DNA of 64,000 bases from IMG/VR virus record IMGVR_UViG_3300033273_000392, positions 85,353 to 149,352 of that record; one strand, 5' to 3'. The position numbers and the translations under genes were made by a program. A model generated the notes under the pieces. That model was not told where the DNA came from. It searched no databases and worked only from the letters and a program-made list of their open reading frames with translations. Origin of the DNA: a virus. Positions 10,292-19,515 of the stretch are shown here, one piece after another; the stretch's first letter is position 1; each line of letters starts with the position of its first letter.

Positions 10292-11200
10292 TTACAAATT
10301 TGACAACGTATTGACATATTTGAGAACTGCGAGGTCCTTGGCCTTAGCCTCGAGCTCAATATCAAGTTCCAATCCATATGGATCGATGTAGTCATAGATA
10401 TAGTCTGCATGCGCACGATCCATGACAGATTCATCCTCGTAAACTGACTTAGCACTAGAGTAGTGACATAGCTGACGAATGTCCTTTGGCCACGTCATAG
10501 CAGCTAGATTAATAGCTTGTTCTTGCGTCAATTTACCAGGATGGCACCAGTGGTGGTGGTAGTCAAATGTAATAGGAATACCCCGCTCAATGTAAAGAGC
10601 ATGTAGATCTTCAACTGCATATTGAGCAGGCTTATCATCGTTCTCTACAACTAGACGCTTCTTAACTGAATCATCTAGCCTATCAAACGCAGCAATAAAC
10701 CTATTAAGACATTCTCGCTTTCCACCATTAGTTGTGTTAACATGGATATTAATAGCGGCATATGGCGACCGTGGTAGTCCCATAAGATCCATAATCTCAC
10801 CATGTTGGTTTAGGTCCTTGATGGTCTTCTCTACAACTCGAGGCGTAGGTGAAGCTAAAACATCAAAAGGACCTGGATGAAACGTAATACGTTGGCCATA
10901 TTTTTTAGCAAGCGTGCCGGCTCCCTTAAGAACATTACAGATCTTGTCGTAATCCGGAAGATTCGACAATTCATATTCGCTCATCCATGGAAAGATGTCC
11001 GAAGACATACGATATAATTTAATTCCATTCTTCTCATTCCACTTGATAATCTCTACAAGGTCCTTGACGTTCTGTAAAGCAAGCTCGGATGCATAAGCAA
11101 TACCTTTATCCATAAAGGTACGCTTAATCATACTGCGATTAGTAGTAATCTTTTTGTCTTTAAGAGACAGGTTAATACAACAGTAGCCGTAATTAGTCAT
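10292..11200 (-). CDS. uvsE: UV damage endonuclease (UvsE/UVDE); start reassigned to MTNYGYCCIN
   Basis: GYCCIN, RMSSDIFP, TFHPGPF, INIH, VVENDD, FDYHHH, HAD, ELEAKAK motifs. Confidence 0.92.
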   Translation of the reverse strand: MTNYGYCCINLSLKDKKITTNRSMIKRTFMDKGIAYASELALQNVKDLVEIIKWNEKNGIKLYRMSSDIFPWMSEYELSNLPDYDKICNVLKGAGTLAKKYGQRITFHPGPFDVLASPTPRVVEKTIKDLNQHGEIMDLMGLPRSPYAAINIHVNTTNGGKRECLNRFIAAFDRLDDSVKKRLVVENDDKPAQYAVEDLHALYIERGIPITFDYHHHWCHPGKLTQEQAINLAAMTWPKDIRQLCHYSSAKSVYEDESVMDRAHADYIYDYIDPYGLELDIELEAKAKDLAVLKYVNTLSNL

Positions 11201-11396
11201 TTCTAAACATGGATTTAAAGAATGCAAACAAGAATACAGTAACGGCGATAGGCCATAATACGCCGGCCCACATGCGCTCAATTAAATTAAGTCTGTTTTC
11301 CTCGATCTCCTGACTATCGATAATCTTATCGTAAACATAATTAAATGCAACTCCACCGAGAAGATAGAGTGAGATATAGGGAATGAATACGCTCAT
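11193..11396 (-). CDS. Small two-TM membrane protein
   Basis: Hydrophobic segments; AAAC-N17-TATAA promoter 5 nt upstream. Confidence 0.6.
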   Translation of the reverse strand: MSVFIPYISLYLLGGVAFNYVYDKIIDSQEIEENRLNLIERMWAGVLWPIAVTVFLFAFFKSMFRND

Positions 11397-11408
11397 AGCT
11401 ATTATATG

Positions 11409-11987
11409 TTAAGTTAGACAAATGTTTCCCTTGCTAATATCAACAAGAGTCTGACTCCATAACGAAGCCCACTTCCTATCCTTTGGCTTCATGACGTGTC
11501 TGGGTTGTTCTGGTATCAATCTAGGAATAGAGTTAACCTTTTCTTTATTGTAAGTCTTTCCCGTTGATGTTGCTCTTAGATAGAAGTAAAACTCACGTGT
11601 AGTCCCATCAAACTTATCAATCTCTTCTAGGATTCGATCGTTAGAGACATGGAACTCCTTTGAAAGGGCCTTTATAAGCTCACCTATAATCTTGTTATCT
11701 GTAGCTATGTGATTCTTCATAATGATATCACGGCGCTTATGGAACTTCTTTCTTTCATGTTGAATAAGCTGCCTTTCATGTTCTTCCGCATGCCCCTTTG
11801 CTTTGATGTCATCTACCTTTTGATGGTAGATCTTTTCTTCAAGATAAGATTCATGTGCCAGCGGGCAATACTCAAACTCACCAAACTCTATACGTTGCAA
11901 AAGTTCAGGCGCACCCTTATACATGTATTTCTTAGGAAGCTTATGGTTAGCAGGATAGAATCTACGCCACCATGTAAACTCTCTCAT
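11409..11987 (-). CDS. Hypothetical protein
   Basis: 192 aa ORF. Confidence 0.6.
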   Translation of the reverse strand: MREFTWWRRFYPANHKLPKKYMYKGAPELLQRIEFGEFEYCPLAHESYLEEKIYHQKVDDIKAKGHAEEHERQLIQHERKKFHKRRDIIMKNHIATDNKIIGELIKALSKEFHVSNDRILEEIDKFDGTTREFYFYLRATSTGKTYNKEKVNSIPRLIPEQPRHVMKPKDRKWASLWSQTLVDISKGNICLT

Positions 11988-12157
11988 TCCTCAAAGATTG
12001 CGTCAAAGATATCATCGTATGGGATGCCATACTTATGGCTAGATCGTTCAATCCAACCATTCGCCCAATGTGCCGCATTCTCCCTTTGTTCAGGAGTCTT
12101 GCAACTATAGAGAACCTCTCGGACTCTTATTACTCCATGCATTAAGATTTCATTCAT
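11984..12157 (-). CDS. Small hypothetical protein (57 aa, not in ORF track)
   Basis: MNEILMHGVIRVREVL...DAIFEE; ATGA overlaps at both ends fill the gap exactly. Confidence 0.6.
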   Translation of the reverse strand: MNEILMHGVIRVREVLYSCKTPEQRENAAHWANGWIERSSHKYGIPYDDIFDAIFEE

Positions 12158-12600
12158 GCATCTAGGTATTTAAGGACTAGGTCCCAGTTTTCAAATTTCT
12201 TAGTTCCAAAGTGAATGTGTTCTCCGGTAAACTTACTGACCCCGTTCTTTTTACGGTCATCAATAAGGTAGTCTCCTGAACATAGATTTTTGTGATGACT
12301 TAGAATAAGGCGCTTATACGCATTCTTTCCAAGATATCGATCTACCCATACTCTTTTATCAGACCATGCGGTAGGATTGCCCCATGGCGCTGTACTTAGA
12401 ATATAGACATCAAACTTCTTGCATAGCCGCTTAAAAGCAGCAATTGCACCATCAACTGGTTCTGGATCAGAGAATAGGTGAGGAACCTCATCTAGATTAT
12501 CACCGTAAGCTGCCATAACCTGAGGATCTAGCTTGTCAATAGCGGACTGTAGGTTAACTAGTACGCCATCCATGTCAACGTAAACAATCTTCTTACTCAC
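12154..12600 (-). CDS. 5'(3')-deoxyribonucleotidase, HAD NT5C family
   Basis: VDMDGVL, LSTAPW, K, LIDD motifs. Confidence 0.88.
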   Translation of the reverse strand: MSKKIVYVDMDGVLVNLQSAIDKLDPQVMAAYGDNLDEVPHLFSDPEPVDGAIAAFKRLCKKFDVYILSTAPWGNPTAWSDKRVWVDRYLGKNAYKRLILSHHKNLCSGDYLIDDRKKNGVSKFTGEHIHFGTKKFENWDLVLKYLDA

Positions 12601-12833
12601 GCGGTCTTTGTGTTATTGACTGACCGAGCAGTGTTATTACCAAAGAGAAGTCCTGTCAAAAAACAGATTCCGACAGATTGGATAAAGCCGATTTCGTTAA
12701 TACCATCAATAGCGCCGACAAGAGCGGAATTCCACAAAAGTTGAACAGGCCAAGCCATAAAGGCGATTACAAGGCCAAGAATAAGGATTCCTCCAGTGTA
12801 AACTGAGATGGTTTTTAAAAGTGCGTCTTTCAT
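12597..12833 (-). CDS. Small membrane protein
   Basis: Two TM segments; early-type promoter upstream. Confidence 0.6.
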   Translation of the reverse strand: MKDALLKTISVYTGGILILGLVIAFMAWPVQLLWNSALVGAIDGINEIGFIQSVGICFLTGLLFGNNTARSVNNTKTA

Positions 12834-12856
12834 AACGAGTTAGTGTTGATGTTACT

Positions 12857-12890
12857 TGTAAATATACACAAAAAAATTTAAACCTAACAA
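12857..12890 (-). promoter_or_regulatory. Early (host sigma-type) promoter TTG-N21-TATATTTAC
   Basis: Matches Bacteroidota -33/-7 layout; same spacing at 24.8 (TAG variant), 26.9, 51.4 and 51.9 kb. Confidence 0.6.
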
Positions 12891-12901
12891 TTTTAGGCTA
12901 A

Positions 12902-13246
12902 TTATTTCCAAAAAAGTTGAATAGCAATAAGAGCAGATGCTAAAAGCAAAGATACTCCAGTCTTTAGGTTAATGCTTTCTCCCATATAATACCATGTTAG
13001 AAGGGCAAAAACAATAATACCGCTTGCAAATCCAATAAAACGACCAGGCCACAAAAGGCCATCAAAGTACTCTACGACATATCGAGTGGCCATAATAAGG
13101 ATATAGCTAATGACGCTGCCCCCTACGATTGAAACGATAATTGGATTCTTCTTAAACCAAGGCCACACAAATTGACCATTAGTTTGAAACCAAATAAGAG
13201 TCTGTCCAAGTGTAAACAGAAATACACCGTATAGGAAACCTACCAT
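12902..13246 (-). CDS. Four-TM small membrane protein (SMR/EamA-like)
   Basis: Four hydrophobic helices; GESINLK..GV near C-terminus. Confidence 0.6.
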   Translation of the reverse strand: MVGFLYGVFLFTLGQTLIWFQTNGQFVWPWFKKNPIIVSIVGGSVISYILIMATRYVVEYFDGLLWPGRFIGFASGIIVFALLTWYYMGESINLKTGVSLLLASALIAIQLFWK

Positions 13247-13872
13247 TAGAAAAGGCTTTCGGTTTTAGTTAACATATGAGAAATAAAAGACATTCTGTGA
13301 TGCTCGCATGCGCCATTCTCTTTAATAGCATTCCTATGTTGAGCAGATCCATATCCCTTATTAGATCCCCATCCATAAACCGGATAGTCAGATCCAATCT
13401 GCTTCATAAGCTCATCACGGCTTGTCTTTGCAAGAATAGATGCAGCCGCGATAGAAACGTATTTGTTATCACCGCCAACTACAGTCTCAAATGGAACTCC
13501 ATTAAATCCATGGAACTGGTCGCCATCTACTAAGATAAATCCAAACTCCATCTTTTTATAAACAGCCTCTAGACATTGTCTCATTCCTTCTAAGGTGGCC
13601 TTTAAGATGTTTCTATCTTCTATTACATCAATACCAATATGACGGACCTCATATGCAAGAGCGTTGTCCAAAACAAGCCTAAGGGCCTCAGCTCTATGAT
13701 TCTCATTCAGAAGCTTAGAGTCCTTAATAAGCTCATGTTGAAACCCATGGGGCATAATACATGCAGCTACCGTAACTGGACCTGCTAGGGCCCCACGGCC
13801 AGCTTCATCCACGCCTACCTCAACGATACTTTCGTCTTGGTTATGGCTTGACTTTAATAGAATGTGCTTCAT
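13246..13872 (-). CDS. rnhB: Ribonuclease HII
   Basis: GVDEAGRG..AGP, DSK, VDG, GD, IAAASILAK, KGYG. Confidence 0.95.
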   Translation of the reverse strand: MKHILLKSSHNQDESIVEVGVDEAGRGALAGPVTVAACIMPHGFQHELIKDSKLLNENHRAEALRLVLDNALAYEVRHIGIDVIEDRNILKATLEGMRQCLEAVYKKMEFGFILVDGDQFHGFNGVPFETVVGGDNKYVSIAAASILAKTSRDELMKQIGSDYPVYGWGSNKGYGSAQHRNAIKENGACEHHRMSFISHMLTKTESLF

Positions 13873-13902
13873 AGTACTTATACCATGGAGCCTAGCAAAA
13901 GT

Positions 13903-14598
13903 TTACTCTCCGTTTGCAATCCTCCATCTATCGTATCTCTGTACGATCTCTTGTAGGATTTTAGCTCTAACGATATCTGCATCTGTAAACACGTGAAGGC
14001 CTACGCCTTTTACGCCTTCTAAAAGATCGATAAAGTCAGGAAGAGAAACTCTGTCTAGTGCGATGTCATGCTGACTAGCGTCACCAGTAACAACTACCTT
14101 AGAGGATGCTCCCATTCTTGTTACGAATAGCATCAGCTGCTTAAAGGTAGCATTCTGTGCTTCGTCCAATATCATAAGCGCATCATCAAATGTATCGCCT
14201 CTCATATATGCTAGTGGCTCAAATCTTATAACACCTCTATCAAAGAGACCCTTAGCTCTTTCTGGTCCTATTATCTTTTCAATATTTGACTTATATGACT
14301 TCATATATGGATCGATCTTCTCGTCCTTATCGCCAGGTAGGAAACCTAGTTTCTCACCAGCCTCTTGAATAGGCTTACAAAGTATAATCGTGTTTATTTC
14401 TTTACTATCAAGTAGTTTTAGCGCAGCATAACATGCCGTAAATGTTTTAGATGTTCCAGCTGGACCATAACAAAAAGTTATGTCACTTTCTAGTATTGTG
14501 TCTACGTATCTTTTCTGCGATTGTCTCAGCTGAACTTCTTTTAGCTGGCTAGCAACTGTCTTACGAGGCTGCTTTTGATTGCTATTGGCTCTTGCCAT
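13903..14598 (-). CDS. phoH: PhoH-family ATPase
   Basis: GPAGTSKT, LGFLPG, YMRG.TF, DEAQN, TGD..Q.D. Confidence 0.93.
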   Translation of the reverse strand: MARANSNQKQPRKTVASQLKEVQLRQSQKRYVDTILESDITFCYGPAGTSKTFTACYAALKLLDSKEINTIILCKPIQEAGEKLGFLPGDKDEKIDPYMKSYKSNIEKIIGPERAKGLFDRGVIRFEPLAYMRGDTFDDALMILDEAQNATFKQLMLFVTRMGASSKVVVTGDASQHDIALDRVSLPDFIDLLEGVKGVGLHVFTDADIVRAKILQEIVQRYDRWRIANGE

Positions 14599-14614
14599 TA
14601 ATCATTAAGTGTTT

Positions 14615-14875
14615 TTAGTCGCCTGCCATTATGACCAGGTCTTTTAACTTCATAAGTTTGTCACACTTCTCATACTCCTCTATAACTTCGAAGTACTTTA
14701 TAAGCAGATCTATAAACTTAGATCTCTGTCCAATTCCATGTGGGATTTCAATTAACCTATCGTCATCTTTAAACACTACAAATCTGTTCACCGTCTTCGT
14801 GAAGTTTCTGGTGATTTGATAGTATGATGCCCTCATAAGACTATCCCTGTCTCCTCCGTTTAAAAGGTTATCCAT
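14615..14875 (-). CDS. Small UVR (UvrB/UvrC coiled-coil)-like protein
   Basis: C-terminal YFEVIEEYEKCDKL. Confidence 0.55.
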   Translation of the reverse strand: MDNLLNGGDRDSLMRASYYQITRNFTKTVNRFVVFKDDDRLIEIPHGIGQRSKFIDLLIKYFEVIEEYEKCDKLMKLKDLVIMAGD

Positions 14876-14997
14876 TATTAAAGTGTGCCGTTTTTTAGTT
14901 CATGCATGTTACTGCAATCATCTGTCTTATATATTTAAGTAGGGCGGCCTTTGCTTCAAAAATAATATACAAAAATTTACATAAAAAAAATGGAGGC

Positions 14998-15186
14998 TCA
15001 TTTGCCTCCAAACTTTTTCTGCACGTACTTTGCCTTTGCTTTCTTCTTTCTTCTGACCTGAGATTCCTTTTCAAACTCCTGTAGATTTCGAAGTGCACTC
15101 ATCTGCCGAGTACGAATAACTTTAGATTTGTATTCTTTTAGTGCTTTTTCAATACCTCCCTTCTTGTCTACTTTAATTCTTAGCAT
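14998..15186 (-). CDS. rpsU: Ribosomal protein bS21
   Basis: 62 aa basic protein; IEKALKEYK, F.K.S..RR, KAKYVQ; Bacteroidota-like. Confidence 0.88.
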   Translation of the reverse strand: MLRIKVDKKGGIEKALKEYKSKVIRTRQMSALRNLQEFEKESQVRRKKKAKAKYVQKKFGGK

Positions 15187-15421
15187 TCTTATGAATATGA
15201 TTTTTAACCATGACTAGATTAGCACACTTTTTATAGTCCTCTTTATTCTCATAGAAATCTATCATCTTATCTAACAACTTTATCTTCTTTATTGCGTTAT
15301 GATTAAACGAGCTGAAGTAATCTAAGTTACTCATAACCGCTTCATAAATAATATCGTAATTACTATCAACGTCTACAAGACGGTTTGTGGCAAAGCTGCT
15401 GAAAGTATTAAAATTGTGCAT
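15173..15421 (-). CDS. Small UVR-like protein
   Basis: FYENKEDYKKCANL. Confidence 0.55.
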   Translation of the reverse strand: MHNFNTFSSFATNRLVDVDSNYDIIYEAVMSNLDYFSSFNHNAIKKIKLLDKMIDFYENKEDYKKCANLVMVKNHIHKNAKN

Positions 15422-16224
15422 TAAGCTTCTCTGATCTGTTTGATTAAGTCGATTTGGGTTTGATTTAGCTCAGGATATGTAGAGTTAACCCTACACATTA
15501 GGTTTCCATTATCGCCAGTGTTATATATCGGATAACCTTTTCCTTTTATCCTAAGAGACTTACCAATAGAATTTTGAGGTATGTTTATCTCTAGAGGCCC
15601 TTCCATTGTATTGATGGTCTTAGTGCACCCTAGCATGGCATCCCACCATGGCATATAGATGTCCACCCAAATATCATTGCCCTGTAGAATAAAGTTAGGA
15701 TCTTGTATAACATGCACGTTAACTACAAGGTCGCCATTAGGTAGATTAGAGTTGAATGGATGCGGTGCACCTTTTCCCTTAACATTAAACTTCTGACCGT
15801 TCTTTAGGCCTGGCTTAAAGTTTAGTCGGATGCGGTTACCATTGAATTCAAACTCTTTACTTGTACCGAAGTACGCCTCACTAAAACTTACGTGCAAGTC
15901 CATGCGATAGTCATGGCCTTTAGCTTGATTCTGATTACGGAAGTGGCCACCAAAGATATGGTCAAACATATCTCCCATGTTTCCATTTACGTTAAATCCT
16001 GCAAATGGATTTCCACCAAAGGGATTACCAGAAGACTTATGATCGTACTGTTGCCTCTTGTTCTGATCCCCTAAGGTCTCATATGCTTCGTTAATCTCTT
16101 TAAATTTGGAGTCATCTCCCCCTGTCTTATCAGGATGGTGTTGCTTACTTAGTTTACGATACGCCTTCTTTATGTCATCTTGAGTTGCCGTCTTGTCAAC
16201 TCCTAAAACGTCATAGTAGCTCAT
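15421..16224 (-). CDS. DnaJ/CbpA-type co-chaperone (J domain + C-terminal domain, no Zn finger)
   Basis: YYDVLGV, HPD, G/F region, GDL, LRIKGKG. Confidence 0.93.
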   Translation of the reverse strand: MSYYDVLGVDKTATQDDIKKAYRKLSKQHHPDKTGGDDSKFKEINEAYETLGDQNKRQQYDHKSSGNPFGGNPFAGFNVNGNMGDMFDHIFGGHFRNQNQAKGHDYRMDLHVSFSEAYFGTSKEFEFNGNRIRLNFKPGLKNGQKFNVKGKGAPHPFNSNLPNGDLVVNVHVIQDPNFILQGNDIWVDIYMPWWDAMLGCTKTINTMEGPLEINIPQNSIGKSLRIKGKGYPIYNTGDNGNLMCRVNSTYPELNQTQIDLIKQIREA

Positions 16225-16361
16225 TTAACTTTTCGTTTTTCCTCTAATCTAGCCTTCGCCTCTCTTCTTGAGCGATACTCTTCTAATTCATTAGCACGAT
16301 CGAGAGCGTCGGCAATTCGAGTTAGTTGCTGTAAAATCTGATCATATATCGTTTCTTCCAT
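16221..16361 (-). CDS. Small coiled-coil protein (46 aa, not in ORF track)
   Basis: MEETIYDQILQQLTRIADALD...KVK; its TGA overlaps the J-protein ATG. Confidence 0.55.
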   Translation of the reverse strand: MEETIYDQILQQLTRIADALDRANELEEYRSRREAKARLEEKRKVK

Positions 16362-16905
16362 GTCGATTCTTAACTAGATCGGACTCACCATTCTGGAAGT
16401 CTTGATAAGGTAATGACTTATCTGGCTTTCCCTTGTGAGGGCCGTTTACCATTATAGTATCTTTATACGGATTTGTTTCACCTATCTTATCACGTAACCA
16501 ATCATCTAGGTCTTGTACGCTTCCCTGAAAGTGACGAATCTTTATTTGCTTTTCATCTTCGTCCTTTAGGTCTACTCGACCATCCGGTACGTTTGATTCA
16601 TCTAAATCATCTTTAGCAGCTTCACGGTCTTTTGCAGTCTTTATCTTGGACTTAAGTACCTCTGCCTGTTTCTGTAGCATAAGTCTTTCAGCCTCGGCCT
16701 CTGATTGCCTCATTTGTACCTTTGCTAGACTAGATTGCATCTTTCCAGAAGGGTCATCTGAATCTGACATCTCCTTAGCAGTTTTTATAAACTCCTTTTG
16801 ATCGTCAAATGCTTTAACAATCTTCTTATTGAGTTTTTTCAGTTTGCTCTTTACGCTTTTCTTTTTCTCAAATAAGAACTCTTCGTATATCTTAAGATAC
16901 TTCAT
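16342..16905 (-). CDS. Tagged coiled-coil protein, putative internal head protein
   Basis: N-terminal MKYLKIYEEFLFE tag; GATATATA 4 nt upstream. Confidence 0.6.
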   Translation of the reverse strand: MKYLKIYEEFLFEKKKSVKSKLKKLNKKIVKAFDDQKEFIKTAKEMSDSDDPSGKMQSSLAKVQMRQSEAEAERLMLQKQAEVLKSKIKTAKDREAAKDDLDESNVPDGRVDLKDEDEKQIKIRHFQGSVQDLDDWLRDKIGETNPYKDTIMVNGPHKGKPDKSLPYQDFQNGESDLVKNRHGRNDI

Positions 16906-16908
16906 ACC

Positions 16909-17367
16909 TTATATATCAATAACTATTACTTTTGGATTTATCTTCATCTGAAATGCTATATCCATTCTTGTATTGCCACTAAATACAGTCATATTACCCT
17001 TACTATCTTTAGTGACTATTGGATAGTCTACTGGTTTTCCGTTTCCAAGCTTCTTATACAAATCCCTTAAAGTTTCCTCGTTTCTGTACTTAGGGTATGA
17101 TGCATATCCCTTGATAAGGTTATGTAGATCATCAAACGTTTTTGTTCTAGATCTATTAGCTATCTTCATGTCCATTTTAGGAGTTATCTCTACGATATCG
17201 CCAGATTTAACAGCATCTATAAACTCTTCTTTAGAATCAAATAGATTCTTTGACTTTAGTTCGTGTTCAACCTTAAATTCTTGGGCCAACATCTTAGAGT
17301 CTGGCATAAACCATGAATTGTACTTTGCCTCAAAGACAAACTCTTCAAATAGCTTAATGTGTTTCAT
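16909..17367 (-). CDS. Tagged ParB/Srx-like domain protein
   Basis: MKHIKLFEEFVFE tag; YPIV...VFSGNTR resembles ParB/Srx GxxR motif. Confidence 0.55.
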   Translation of the reverse strand: MKHIKLFEEFVFEAKYNSWFMPDSKMLAQEFKVEHELKSKNLFDSKEEFIDAVKSGDIVEITPKMDMKIANRSRTKTFDDLHNLIKGYASYPKYRNEETLRDLYKKLGNGKPVDYPIVTKDSKGNMTVFSGNTRMDIAFQMKINPKVIVIDI

Positions 17368-18281
17368 TTTCCGTAAGATACCTTGCTCTTTTCACCTCCT
17401 ATCCAATCAAAGTCTTGAAATCTCAATGGATTTGTAACCTTCCACTTATCAAAGTTTTCTGCGGATTGCTTAAGTGTATATTCAGGCAGGCCTTCTTCCC
17501 TTTCTCTTTTTTCCAAATCCGATAGAAAGTTACCACGAACTCTTTCATCAACAATAACAAGAAAGTCTACTTTAATGGGAGCGTTACCTATTAAGAGCAC
17601 TTCATCTTCACCCCACTTTGAAATACTATTAGATAGTTCTGGAGATAATAAGAATCTAGAATTATCAGCCCTACAGCCATAAATTACAGCCACCTCTTTA
17701 GATTCATCATCCGGGCGCTTTCTTGCAAACTGCACGGCAGAAGTAGGATCTACTGTCCATGAAGTAAAGCCGGCTTTATTTCTAGAACTGTATTTAATGC
17801 CAGGATTGTCAGTACCTATCATAAAGTCAAACTTCTCTCCCAATCTGTTAGTCTTTGGTAATAGCCTTTCTAGTTCTTTCATTGGCATCTTGGCGCCTCT
17901 CCAAAGCATATCTGTTGGCACATTTCCATACCATGCCAAGCCAGTTCTACCAATAAACTCGCGCATATCCGCCATTCGTTCGCTTTTAGTTGGATCTAAT
18001 AGTTTAGGAAACTTCTTTTTAATCTTCAACAGCGAGTTTAACATTTTGCCAAGATTAGTAGAGTTCTTCTCGTCTCTAAAGTAATCTTGTAGGTAACGTA
18101 CTAACTGCTTTTCGTATTTTGTGTTATCTTCAAAACCTTCATCTCTGTACATAACGTCAATAAAGTGATAGAATCTATCGTGGTCTTTACTTACCCTAGC
18201 GGCAAACTCGTCGTCGGCCAATAGCTTCTTACCTATATCAGCTTCATTTAAAAATTGTTCGTATAACTTGATGTACTTCAT
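17364..18281 (-). CDS. Tagged ADP-ribosyltransferase-like protein (R-S-E clade)
   Basis: MKYIKLYEQFLNE tag; LWRG...FTSWT...EDEV triad. Confidence 0.7.
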   Translation of the reverse strand: MKYIKLYEQFLNEADIGKKLLADDEFAARVSKDHDRFYHFIDVMYRDEGFEDNTKYEKQLVRYLQDYFRDEKNSTNLGKMLNSLLKIKKKFPKLLDPTKSERMADMREFIGRTGLAWYGNVPTDMLWRGAKMPMKELERLLPKTNRLGEKFDFMIGTDNPGIKYSSRNKAGFTSWTVDPTSAVQFARKRPDDESKEVAVIYGCRADNSRFLLSPELSNSISKWGEDEVLLIGNAPIKVDFLVIVDERVRGNFLSDLEKREREEGLPEYTLKQSAENFDKWKVTNPLRFQDFDWIGGEKSKVSYGK

Positions 18282-18291
18282 ATCCTATTTA

Positions 18292-19110
18292 TCAAAATGT
18301 CCTATAGTTTAAAGTAGGCCTACTCACCTTCCACTCGTCATATGTCATATCATTAAAGTTCATCTCGTCAGTCACCTGTGCACTAAACCTTAAGTCATCT
18401 ATAATAATTACATCGGGTTTAAAACTTTTGCCTACTAGAATTACTTCATTTTCATAAAACTTAGACAGCGCATTAGTCATAGTGTTATTAAAAATCAAGT
18501 TAGGGGTTTTTAGCTTAACTCCATATAGAACTCTAATTCTATCAGGCTTTTGCGTAACACCAAATCCTCTTGCATTATCAATGTGTGTTGAGAATGAAAT
18601 AAAACCGTAGTTACCTCTTGGAGTGTTAGTATAGTTAGGACTGTCAATCACTGCAACTGAATGCATACCTAAATTTATTAACCTAGATGCAGGTAGTAGG
18701 GCTTTTACATCCTTGCTAGTTATTGTTGCTCCTCTCCAAGCCATATTGTTCTTATACTGTTTACCAATCCGTTCAACAAACGTGCTTAGTGTTTTAACAT
18801 TTGACACAGTTGGATCTAGAATCTTAGGGAACTTCTTCTTAAGCTTAAGAAGCTGTGGCAACAGTTTATCTAGATCTCCTTTTTCTAGTTTGCCCATAGG
18901 AGCATCAAAGTAGATCTGTAACTGATGTAGAATCTCGTTCTCATCGTCAGTGTTCGGCTCATAGTCCTGTTGGTATATCTTTTCAAGCCAGTCATCCCAC
19001 TTCTGGTCAACTGCACGATTTCGTGGACCTGTAAATTGACCGCCGAAAAGTTGGCGACCTATCTCGATCTTCTCATTTAAGAAGCTTTGAAAGGGTTTGA
19101 TATACTTCAT
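18292..19110 (-). CDS. Tagged ADP-ribosyltransferase-like protein (R-S-E clade), paralogue of 17364-18281
   Basis: MKYIKPFQSFLNE tag; AWRG...FISFST...ENEV; shared LLK.KKKFPK.LDPT. Confidence 0.7.
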   Translation of the reverse strand: MKYIKPFQSFLNEKIEIGRQLFGGQFTGPRNRAVDQKWDDWLEKIYQQDYEPNTDDENEILHQLQIYFDAPMGKLEKGDLDKLLPQLLKLKKKFPKILDPTVSNVKTLSTFVERIGKQYKNNMAWRGATITSKDVKALLPASRLINLGMHSVAVIDSPNYTNTPRGNYGFISFSTHIDNARGFGVTQKPDRIRVLYGVKLKTPNLIFNNTMTNALSKFYENEVILVGKSFKPDVIIIDDLRFSAQVTDEMNFNDMTYDEWKVSRPTLNYRTF

Positions 19111-19113
19111 GGC

Positions 19114-19512
19114 TTAATAGTCCGTGACCTTTTTAATTTTATTCCATGGGATTTGGCCATGATATTCGTAAGTATCTGAAGCTCCACCCGATCTAACATT
19201 GGAGTCATCGTGCAGTTTTTTAAGGTCTAACGCCTTTGAAGGAATATGAAGAACTACAATCCCTGAATCATATATTTCATCTGGCATTTCTTCGGCTGCT
19301 TCTGCATAAGAACCGGCAACATCTAAATCATTGGCAAGATAAACCACACCTGCTTTAGAATCTTCCCACGCCAAATCCACCTTTCTAGTATCTAAGCCTT
19401 TCTTTTTTATTTCAGGTAGTAGAGCGTTATATGTAGCATGGTAAAAAGTATCAGGTACTTCTTGAGTTAGTGCTTCATTTAGAAATTGTTCATATATCTT
19501 GATATACTTCAT
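19114..19512 (-). CDS. Tagged ART-fold protein (Tpt1/KptA-like)
   Basis: MKYIKIYEQFLNE tag; FYHAT..L..I...GL, VYLA, VVLHI, YEY.G.IP. Confidence 0.65.
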   Translation of the reverse strand: MKYIKIYEQFLNEALTQEVPDTFYHATYNALLPEIKKKGLDTRKVDLAWEDSKAGVVYLANDLDVAGSYAEAAEEMPDEIYDSGIVVLHIPSKALDLKKLHDDSNVRSGGASDTYEYHGQIPWNKIKKVTDY

Positions 19513-19515
19513 AGC

